NCBI GenBank assembly: GCA_041659405.1
Contig: JBAZYK010000017.1
Coordinates: 1-15,883 of the forward strand
DNA length: 15,883 bases
Direction of reading: 5' to 3'
From: Candidatus Altimarinota bacterium
GTDB taxonomy: Bacteria > Patescibacteriota > Gracilibacteria > UBA1369
Part shown: positions 7,628-14,445 of the stretch, one piece after another
Numbering within the stretch: the first letter of the stretch is position 1
Layout of the letters: each line of letters begins with the position of its first letter
Notes under the pieces: generated by a model
The model's database searches: none
The model's input: only the letters and a program-made list of their open reading frames with translations
What the model was told of the DNA's origin: nothing
Translations under genes and position numbers: made by a program

Positions 7628-8359
7628 ATGACCATCTTCACCACAAACAGATTCTTGTACTACGCAGGAAGCACAATCGTAAAAGTAATTTCCATTTCAT
7701 TTGTGCTTCTTACCGTATTTTCACAATTATCAATCGCTACTTTGAATGGCAAAAGTTACAACTTTTTTGGCGTAATCATAACTTCTAAAATGTTTGATGA
7801 TTTGATGCCTGCAGCAATCAGGGTTATTATGATGTTTCTTTTGATTATTGTGTTTCTAGGAATTGAGTTAAACAGGTCCTACATGATCGAAATCGATGAA
7901 ACTACTGGGCAAATTACTGTCAGCCCTGCCATGAAAAGTAAACTTGTGAAATATTATGGATCCAAAAATATGATTGGCTACAAAAAAGAGAGCTTTCTAG
8001 GCATTATGGAAACAATAAAACTCTATGACATTAACAATAAAATTTGGTTAATGCCTGCTCTGTGGAAAGGCAAAAAAAGTGCCCAACTTCTTGATGCTCT
8101 TAAAAATTACTCGCACCTTAATGAACTTAATGAAACTCATTCCGTTTCAACTACAAATGCATCCGCAGTCCCACAAAATACTTCAACACCGCATATTCAG
8201 AGCACTTTAGGGCCACGCGACCTGTATGAAGCCTATAAACAGATCAAATCGCCATTCATGAAAAACTTCGTCAAAATATTTTTCATAATAGGCATATTGT
8301 GGATGATGTATATCGCCTTCGGATTATTAATGATGAGCATCAATGGTGTGGGATTCTAA
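7628..8359 (+). CDS. Hypothetical membrane protein (two N-terminal TM helices, ~110-aa soluble middle, Ser/Thr/Asn-rich linker, C-terminal TM helix)
   Basis: 243-aa ORF with ATG at 7628. TM segments are VKVISISFVLLTVFSQLSIA, IRVIMMFLLIIVFLGIEL and IFFIIGILWMMYIAFGLLMM. The 2-TM-plus-small-beta-rich-domain layout is reminiscent of bacterial PH (bPH)-type proteins, but I cannot confirm that. The stop TAA (8357-8359) overlaps the stop of the convergent gene. Confidence 0.7.
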   Translation: MTIFTTNRFLYYAGSTIVKVISISFVLLTVFSQLSIATLNGKSYNFFGVIITSKMFDDLMPAAIRVIMMFLLIIVFLGIELNRSYMIEIDETTGQITVSPAMKSKLVKYYGSKNMIGYKKESFLGIMETIKLYDINNKIWLMPALWKGKKSAQLLDALKNYSHLNELNETHSVSTTNASAVPQNTSTPHIQSTLGPRDLYEAYKQIKSPFMKNFVKIFFIIGILWMMYIAFGLLMMSINGVGF

Positions 8360-9894
8360 GAAGATTGTTTTTTCTTTCCAATCACCACCAAAAGCGAAAA
8401 ATCTTGCGGGCCATCAAGCGAAATCACGTGATAGGGGACTAAAGAAAGGCCGTCGACTTCAAGTCCATGCTTTTTTAATGCTTCGATCAGTTTTTCGGCT
8501 GTGCCAATGGGGGACTCACTTTTTAGATCAAGCTTTGAGCTGTAATGAATGGGATTTTCGGCACCTTTTCCGTCAGTTTTCGGGTCGATGATGCCCTTGG
8601 TCGCAATAAAAAAACGCCCGTCGGCTTCCAAAAGATCAGCAATATTTGCAAAAAGCTGACTGGGATCTTCCACTCGATCAGTGGTCAAAGTTGTCCCAAC
8701 CAGGCCCGCCGTGGCTTTCTTCAAAGGAGGTTTTTGAGTTAATTCAGGACTGCAAATGTCCGCGAACACCGCAGAAATCCCACTAGCAGGATGCCGCAGG
8801 CGCTTTAATGCGGGGGAAGAGAGGTCAACGCCGATTAGGTGGGGATCGGGCATTTCATGGTCAATGGCTACATTCATTCCAGTTAATTTAAATAATTCAA
8901 CAATTCTCGCATTAAATTTATTTAAATTAACCGGATCTAATTTATTTTTTAATATCCCTAATTTTTCATATAAATCTAAAGTGAATTTTGAAATCATCCC
9001 ACCCCTCTCCCTCCTCCTTTTCTCCCTCGCCAAAGTCGTCAGCCAGTCGCCATCGCCGCAGCCCAGATCAATAATTGTCACCGGCGAGCCATCTTCATTT
9101 GTGAAAACTAGTTCAACTTGCGGTCGCCCTTTTTCGTCTACAAATCCACAAAAATCGGCAGTCAATTCCGCGGAAAATCGTCCTCCATGATACATTTCCG
9201 CTTTTCCCTGAATCGCGTAATGCAAAAAACTTTTCACATTTTCGCAGGCCCGCCAAAGCTCTTTCAGATCGCCACCATCCGAAATATCCTCCGAAATCTT
9301 TGCCAAAAAATCCACAAGTGGATTTAAAACTTCATCGATACCGGGAAAATATTTAATGGAGTTCAGAATTCGTGTCAGCTCCTGCAAATTTCCCGCATCG
9401 TTAAAACATAAATAAAAATTATCGATTTTCGCAATTTCGGTTTGTTCGTCGATTGCCGCCTTTTCCTCATCTCCAAGCGGTTCCTGGTGATATAATTTGA
9501 ATTTTTTGATGTCGTCCAAAACGGACGGAGCAGGCATGACAAATCGGAGTCCGCGGGTTTGCGCAAAGTGCATTATCGCCCAGGCCTCCTCCATAAACTC
9601 GCGTGAAAAACTGCGCTCGGAAGAAGATGCTGAATCAAAATTTAGACAATTTTTAACAGAATTTTTGAAAGTTTTGGTGCAATCAGAAACCACAGCGGTC
9701 GGTCGGTCTGCAAAATACTCAGCCGAAAAGCGCTCGCTACAGCGATAAATTGGAGCCTGATTTTCTTCAATATGACCACCATTTTGGGGATCACACGAAA
9801 ATATCATAAGCAATTTGAAGGGGGAATCATCTAAAGCTAACACGAATAAAAAACGCGAGTCAAATTTTGGACGAAAATCCGCGTGCACCTGCAA
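8356..9894 (-). CDS. Class I SAM-dependent methyltransferase-like protein with a ~270-aa N-terminal domain of unknown function
   Basis: 512-aa ORF. Motif I is VTIIDLGCGDGDW; then HLIGVDLS, and DPSQLFANIADLLEADGRFFIAT (post-motif III/IV region). About 55 residues are inserted between motif I and the GVDLS strand. The start is uncertain: the ORF track uses TTG 9894, and the first ATG is at 9807 (MIFSCDPQ...). Confidence 0.75.
   Translation of the reverse strand: MQVHADFRPKFDSRFLFVLALDDSPFKLLMIFSCDPQNGGHIEENQAPIYRCSERFSAEYFADRPTAVVSDCTKTFKNSVKNCLNFDSASSSERSFSREFMEEAWAIMHFAQTRGLRFVMPAPSVLDDIKKFKLYHQEPLGDEEKAAIDEQTEIAKIDNFYLCFNDAGNLQELTRILNSIKYFPGIDEVLNPLVDFLAKISEDISDGGDLKELWRACENVKSFLHYAIQGKAEMYHGGRFSAELTADFCGFVDEKGRPQVELVFTNEDGSPVTIIDLGCGDGDWLTTLAREKRRRERGGMISKFTLDLYEKLGILKNKLDPVNLNKFNARIVELFKLTGMNVAIDHEMPDPHLIGVDLSSPALKRLRHPASGISAVFADICSPELTQKPPLKKATAGLVGTTLTTDRVEDPSQLFANIADLLEADGRFFIATKGIIDPKTDGKGAENPIHYSSKLDLKSESPIGTAEKLIEALKKHGLEVDGLSLVPYHVISLDGPQDFSLLVVIGKKKQSS
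8366..8812 (-). repeat. Direct repeat copy B (partner 6664-7100), the 3' end of the intact methyltransferase-like gene
   Basis: See copy A. Copy B carries the extra 10 nt (atgtccgcga, about 8756-8765) that keep the reading frame open. Confidence 0.9.
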
Positions 9895-10018
9895 TCAATT
9901 TTCAAGAATAACTTTTTCATTCCGGAATTTAGTTTTACTTTGGCCTGACCGAATTTTTGTGCGGAATTTGTCAGCATGGTTGTTGGTAAATCCGGGGCAT
10001 TTTACATACCAATCGCTT

Positions 10019-10046
10019 TTGAGGTGAGCGTATACTCACCTATAAA
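10019..10046 (+). promoter_or_regulatory. Candidate sigma70-type promoter (TTGAGG-16 nt-TATAAA) with a perfect 7-bp-stem hairpin/palindrome filling the spacer
   Basis: ttgagg lies at 10019-10024 and tataaa at 10041-10046. aggtgag (10022-10028) and ctcacct (10035-10041) are exact reverse complements around a 6-nt loop, cgtata. The site is about 200 nt upstream of the HNH gene start. This is motif-level evidence only. Confidence 0.25.
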
Positions 10047-10243
10047 ATATTCGGCATTTTAGTCATCAGAATTTTAAGATTTTGCATGGATTTTCTGGCA
10101 TGTTAGAGAGAGAATTTGAATATCGGTTATTGCCGGTTTTGCTGATTGGTTTCCAGAAAAATCACGCACGAAATTTCAAAATATCTACAAAATTATCAAA
10201 AAAATCACAGGAAAAATAAAATTATTACTTAACATTGCGCGAT

Positions 10244-11788
10244 ATGATTCAAACTGAAAAATTTTCAAGGGCTGCCACAGAAAAATCTTCCCAAACTGGC
10301 ACAGCAAACTTTTTAAAAATGACCGGCACGCACTTTCTCACTCCGGCCGAAATCGAAAAACTTCCAAATAAAGAACTGCATCAGATGGCGCAGCGGTTTG
10401 GCGCGCAAAGTCGAAAAGCGCAAAAAGAATTTGCCGCGTTTTTGCCTGAAATCAACAAAAGAAAATTGTTTTTAGAACATAAATTTCAGACAATTTGCCA
10501 TTATGCGGCCGTTGTTGGTGGGCTTTCAAAAAAAGCGGTTTTAAAAGTTTTGAAAGTGAGCGAAAAGTTGCAGGATAAGCCATTATTGCTGGCTTTAATT
10601 GTTGAGCAGGGCTGGAGCAAACTGAGTGTGATCAGTAATGTCGCAACAGTTGAAACTCAAGAATTTTGGAAAGAAAAGGTCGAAAGTATGAGCAAATCAA
10701 CACTTGAAACGTTTGTACAGGAGATGAAGAGGCAGGAAGCTGCAGTGCAAAAACAGCTGGATCTGCAGAAAATTGAAAGTGCGAAAGGGACGGAAGTGCG
10801 CGACGGTGTTGACGGTAGCGCATGGAGCGCGGAGCGGGAATCGGGAAGCGCGGAACGTGGAAAAGACGAGAATAATTCGAGAAATGCGACCATTGCCAGA
10901 ATCGAAAAACAATCCAGTATCGATTTCGGTAATCCAGAAATTTCGGCTTCAGGAAGAGAAGAATCGGCAATTTTGGGAAAGTCCCCCGGGGGACTTTTCA
11001 TGAATCAGGAAACAGGATTTTTGGAAAATGACGATGGGCGAGCTGAATCGCAACAACGCAATAATATGTCATTCAAAGTCACGACCGATATTGAAAAACA
11101 AATGCGACTTTTCAAATTCAAACTGGAAAAAGAACGGAAACAACCTGTGGACTGGAACGAAGTCATGCAGGAGTTTTTGAAAATCGCAGTGCAAGCGCAG
11201 GCACATGTGTGCGCACAAAAAGTTGCGGTGCAAGGTGCGAGCGAGCATGTATGCAGTAGGGAAGAGTCTATGTGCGCAGAGCAAAAAGCTTCAAGCGCTA
11301 ACACGGCTAAGCAAAGCGCAAAAGGGGCAGCGGTTCAAGATGTGAAAAATACAGTTGGGGAAATGGGAGAACGTGCATGCGCAAAAGTGGAGAGCAAGCC
11401 GAAAAAGACGCACGCAAAGCCAACCCTCACCAAAGAAGAAATCCAAAAATCTTTGCCACAAAAATCAACGCGGCCTATTCCGGCCCATGTGCAGCGATAC
11501 ATCAATCAAATTTATCGAGAGATGTGCGGATTTCCTGGCTGCAAACAACCCGCCAACATTGATCATCACACCAGAAGATTCAAACTCGTCCCAAATCACG
11601 ATCCGGAATTCATTGTTTCACTCTGCAAAAATCACGAAAGACTTGCACATTTAGGACTCATAAAAAACGAAGAATTCAATCCAAAATTTTGGGGATTAAG
11701 GCTTACAGCAGATGAAAACGAACCAAAGTTTCAGGTCGATCAGGTCGTAAACGGATTCAGGCTGGCGCCGATCTCAGGCCAAAGCTGA
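10244..11788 (+). CDS. DUF222-like / HNH endonuclease domain protein (REP13E12-type architecture)
   Basis: ORF 10235-11788; the first ATG is at 10244. The C-terminal HNH motif is CGFPGCKQPANIDHHTRRFKLVPNHDPEFIVSLCKNHERLAHLG (C..C...DHH...N...C..H...H). The N-terminal helical region (ELHQMAQRFGAQSRKAQKEFAAFLPEINKRKLFLEHKFQTICHYAAVVGGLSKKAVLKVLKVSEKL) resembles the DUF222 N-domain. The middle ~230 aa are low-complexity. Confidence 0.8.
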   Translation: MIQTEKFSRAATEKSSQTGTANFLKMTGTHFLTPAEIEKLPNKELHQMAQRFGAQSRKAQKEFAAFLPEINKRKLFLEHKFQTICHYAAVVGGLSKKAVLKVLKVSEKLQDKPLLLALIVEQGWSKLSVISNVATVETQEFWKEKVESMSKSTLETFVQEMKRQEAAVQKQLDLQKIESAKGTEVRDGVDGSAWSAERESGSAERGKDENNSRNATIARIEKQSSIDFGNPEISASGREESAILGKSPGGLFMNQETGFLENDDGRAESQQRNNMSFKVTTDIEKQMRLFKFKLEKERKQPVDWNEVMQEFLKIAVQAQAHVCAQKVAVQGASEHVCSREESMCAEQKASSANTAKQSAKGAAVQDVKNTVGEMGERACAKVESKPKKTHAKPTLTKEEIQKSLPQKSTRPIPAHVQRYINQIYREMCGFPGCKQPANIDHHTRRFKLVPNHDPEFIVSLCKNHERLAHLGLIKNEEFNPKFWGLRLTADENEPKFQVDQVVNGFRLAPISGQS

Positions 11789-11789
11789 C

Positions 11790-11976
11790 GCTTTGTGGCC
11801 AGGGTGGGTGCACGAAAAACGAGGCTGCCTGCGCCTTGCCCGCCCGTGAACAAACAAGGGCGCACGAAAAAACGCCCCGCCCCGCGACCTGCCCCGCACC
11901 GACTGAATAAATTTGGGGCTTCGCTCACCCCCTGCCCGCCCGTACCCATTTGGGGCTTCGCTCACGCTCCCCCCTG
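11790..11976. repeat. GC-rich (~65%) noncoding island with three pairs of short direct repeats, between the convergent HNH and rel genes
   Basis: By hand count, 131 of the 200 nt in 11791-11990 are G or C, against about 40% in the flanks. Repeats: atttggggcttcgctcac at 11911-11928 and 11948-11965; tgcccgcccgt at 11837-11847 and 11933-11943; cacgaaaaa at 11811 and 11863. The plus strand is C-rich. Confidence 0.85.
11849..11877 (-). terminator. Weak candidate intrinsic terminator for rel (minus strand: gggcg-10 nt loop-cgccc followed by ttgtttgtt)
   Basis: The stem pairs 11873-11877 with 11858-11862, and a U-rich tail comes from 11849-11857 on the minus strand, about 100 nt downstream of the rel stop. 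The 5-bp stem and large loop make it marginal. Confidence 0.25.
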
Positions 11977-14385
11977 TCACCCCCTGATCCTCCGATGAGA
12001 CTCAAAATATTCTGTTGTCAGATAGGCCAGAATCATCAGGACTACCGCAAAGCCCAGCACCCAATTAAACTCCAATTGAAAATAAAAAATCTCTGCCAAA
12101 AAAGTTCCAAGTGCAAAAAGATTTAACAAAAAAGTTACCGCCCAATACGCTTTTGTTTCACGGAATTCCGGAAAGCCAACTTTTGTTAGACGCTTCAGCG
12201 AATAAACCATGGAAAAGAGCATGAAAAGGCTCAAATAAATAAAGACATTCGATATCAGCGTGTGCGTGGTAAACCACCCCGTTGTGACCAGATAAAGAAT
12301 GTAAGGATGCGCGCACCAGATAGCAAAAGAAACAAAACTCAACACTATAAAACGCAGCTTTCTTCTAAAGAAAAGGCGCTCGGCGCGGATCACATCTTCC
12401 AAATGTTCTATCTGCTCACAAAATTCCGATAATTGCTGAAAATCCTTAACCATTATGGTCATTCTGCAGATCAGTTTGCCGGTCAAAAAAGAAACATAAG
12501 TTTTTGATTTTACACACTGAATTCCCAGCTCATTCATCACCTGTAGATATTTTTCCAGTTGCCCATTTCGATTTTGGCTGACGATTTTAATAGACGTAGG
12601 CTGCTTACTTTTTTCCTTTGCCATCTTCAGTTTTTTTGTCGGGATTTTCCCCGGGAACAAAGCCCGATAAGCCTCCATCGCCGTTAAAGTTCCGTCACCA
12701 ACCACTATCAAAATATCATCAAAATTACGTGCCTTAATGCTGGGATAAGCACTGGTAAATTGCTGTAACTTGCGCGCGGAAATATTTCTAACCAGACCAA
12801 TTCCCGCACGATCAAATTCTTTTTGTAAAAGCGATTGCCCGGTTTTAATTTTTGCTTCTTTGGTTTCCTGTTTTAAATATTCACGAATTCTGTGTCTGGC
12901 AATATTGGTTTTGGCAAAATTAAGCCAATCGCGATTTGGCGCTTGTGGCCTGTCTGAAGTAATAATGCGCACGGTATCACCGGTATTTAAAGCGGAAGTT
13001 AACGGGACAATTTCCCCATTCACATCAGCTTTTAAGGCCCTGTGCCCAACCTCGGTATGAATATTATAGGCAAAATCAATGCAGGTTGCTCCTTTTGGCA
13101 GATCAACCGGATCACCATGCGGCGTAAAAACAAAAATTCGATCCTGGAAAATATCCAGTTTAAGGTCTTCCATAAAGGCATTATTGGCCACCTGCTCTTT
13201 TTGCATCAGCAGGATTTTTTCCGCCCAATAGGCGCGGCGATCTTTTTCCAGATGATGTACTTTATTCTTATCTTCATCGTAAAAATAATGCGAAGCAATG
13301 CCATATTCCGCCTCAAGATGCATTTGAAAAGTGCGGATCTGAAACTCAGTCACAATTCCATTTAAACCAAAAACAGTGGTATGCAAACTTTGATAACCAT
13401 TCACTTTTGGCACAGAAATGTAATCCTTAAACTTGCTGGATTTTGGCTTAAATAAGGAATGAATCAGCCCAAGAACTTTATAGCAGTCATCGCGGTCTTC
13501 CACCATAATTCTAAGCGCGATCAAATCATCCAACTCATCCGGTCTTTTTCCCTGGGAAATAGTTTTTTTATAAATTCCATAAAGATTTTTTTGGCGGCCA
13601 TAAACAGAAGCCTTAACCCGCGCTTCATCAAGCTTCTTTTGGACCATCTGAATTGTCGATTCAATTACATGTTTATTCTTGAATCTGTTGCGCTTCATGC
13701 GGTCAGCAATACTTTCATATTCATCACGATGCAAAAAGTGAAAACAAAGATCTTCAAGTTCGGCCTTCATTTCTTCAATGCCCAAAAGATTGGCAATCGG
13801 CACAAAAATTTCCAGCGTTTCACGCGCTATACGAAGCTGTTTTTCCTCTTTGTTTACATATTGCAACGTTCTCATATTATGAAGACGATCCGCCAATTTA
13901 ATCAAAATAATTCGTGGATCTTCCGCGGAATGAATAAAAAGTTTTTTCAAAGATTCAATTTGGCGTTCCTCCATATCATTTCTAAAATGCACCTTGGATA
14001 ATTTTGTTACTCCTTCAACCAAAAACGCCACCTTTTTCCCAAACTTTGCTTCAATTTGTTCGATAGTATATTTGGTGTCTTCCGGCACATCATGCATCAA
14101 AGCCGCAATCAGGGTATCCTCATCCGCATGCATCGAAATTAAAATTTTGGTCGCCTCCACCGGATGGACAATATAAGGTTTATTTTCTTTTCTGAACTGT
14201 CCTTCATGCGCATTTGCCGCAAACGCAAAAGCTTCCCGAAATTTGCGTTCGTTAAAACTTGGAATATAGCGGTTAATATCATGTATAATCGCTTCCAGAT
14301 CTATTCCATTATCTTTGCAAAGAGTCGCAATGTAGGCTTCTTTCGGCGTCATAATAAGCTTGCGATAGTGTGTAAAGTATGGCAT
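11977..14385 (-). CDS. rel: Long bifunctional RelA/SpoT homolog ((p)ppGpp synthetase/hydrolase) with an additional C-terminal 4-TM membrane domain
   Basis: 802-aa ORF. HD hydrolase: HEGQFRKENKPYIVHPVE and MHDVPEDT (HDxxED intact). Synthetase: YGRQKNLYGIYKK, DLIALRIMV, KFKDYISVPKVNGYQSLHTTV (basic RxKD-type variant) and EFQIRTFQMHLEAEYGIASHYFY. TGS: IFVFTPHGDPVDLPKGATCIDFAYNIHTEVGHRALKADVNGEIVPL. ACT/RRM-like: IKIVSQNRNGQLEKYLQVMNELG...RMTIMVKD. The last ~132 aa are hydrophobic helices. The start is ATG 14385 or ATG 14352. Confidence 0.95.
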   Translation of the reverse strand: MPYFTHYRKLIMTPKEAYIATLCKDNGIDLEAIIHDINRYIPSFNERKFREAFAFAANAHEGQFRKENKPYIVHPVEATKILISMHADEDTLIAALMHDVPEDTKYTIEQIEAKFGKKVAFLVEGVTKLSKVHFRNDMEERQIESLKKLFIHSAEDPRIILIKLADRLHNMRTLQYVNKEEKQLRIARETLEIFVPIANLLGIEEMKAELEDLCFHFLHRDEYESIADRMKRNRFKNKHVIESTIQMVQKKLDEARVKASVYGRQKNLYGIYKKTISQGKRPDELDDLIALRIMVEDRDDCYKVLGLIHSLFKPKSSKFKDYISVPKVNGYQSLHTTVFGLNGIVTEFQIRTFQMHLEAEYGIASHYFYDEDKNKVHHLEKDRRAYWAEKILLMQKEQVANNAFMEDLKLDIFQDRIFVFTPHGDPVDLPKGATCIDFAYNIHTEVGHRALKADVNGEIVPLTSALNTGDTVRIITSDRPQAPNRDWLNFAKTNIARHRIREYLKQETKEAKIKTGQSLLQKEFDRAGIGLVRNISARKLQQFTSAYPSIKARNFDDILIVVGDGTLTAMEAYRALFPGKIPTKKLKMAKEKSKQPTSIKIVSQNRNGQLEKYLQVMNELGIQCVKSKTYVSFLTGKLICRMTIMVKDFQQLSEFCEQIEHLEDVIRAERLFFRRKLRFIVLSFVSFAIWCAHPYILYLVTTGWFTTHTLISNVFIYLSLFMLFSMVYSLKRLTKVGFPEFRETKAYWAVTFLLNLFALGTFLAEIFYFQLEFNWVLGFAVVLMILAYLTTEYFESHRRIRG

Positions 14386-14445
14386 AAGAAATTGGTGGTG
14401 TCAAATTATTTCATTAGCAGAAAGCCACAAATTAAGAATACGTTT

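Noticed and set aside
9002-9028. 27-nt pure polypyrimidine tract (cccctctccctcctccttttctccctc) on the plus strand, a possible triplex/H-DNA element.
   Set aside because: It is fully explained as the antisense of purine-rich codons for REKRRRERGG in the methyltransferase-like ORF. It has no clear mirror symmetry. It is noted only as part of the insertion finding.
8343-9748. Plus-strand ORFs 8343-8591, 8545-8742, 8756-9190, 9118-9327 and 9497-9748, antisense to the methyltransferase-like gene.
   Set aside because: They are shadow ORFs inside a 512-aa ORF with clear SAM-MTase motifs. The 8343-8591 ORF also falls in the duplicated repeat, where substitutions follow the minus-strand codon phase (mostly third positions), confirming the minus strand as coding.
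10100-10258. 52-codon ORF (MLEREFEYRLLPVLLIGFQKNHARNFK...) in the divergent intergenic region, overlapping the HNH gene start.
   Set aside because: It is below the ORF-track threshold, has no motif and no upstream signal, and is lysine-rich and AT-driven. There is no evidence it is translated.
11911-11965. Two 18-nt identical repeats with a 37-nt period, considered as a mini CRISPR array.
   Set aside because: There are only two copies. The repeat is too short, the 19-nt spacer is far below CRISPR spacer size, and there are no cas genes in the window.
11740-11998. Three overlapping 67-69-aa ORFs (both strands) in the GC-rich island, rich in Arg/Pro/Gly/Ala.
   Set aside because: They are open frames produced by high GC content, which makes stops rare. 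They overlap one another in different frames and have no start context or motifs. I treat the region as noncoding.
14164-14445. N-terminal 94-codon extension of the mnmA ORF in the ORF track.
   Set aside because: It overlaps the 5' end of rel on the opposite strand and shows no MnmA similarity. The canonical MKKGKVLVGMSGGVDSS N-terminus begins at ATG 14446.
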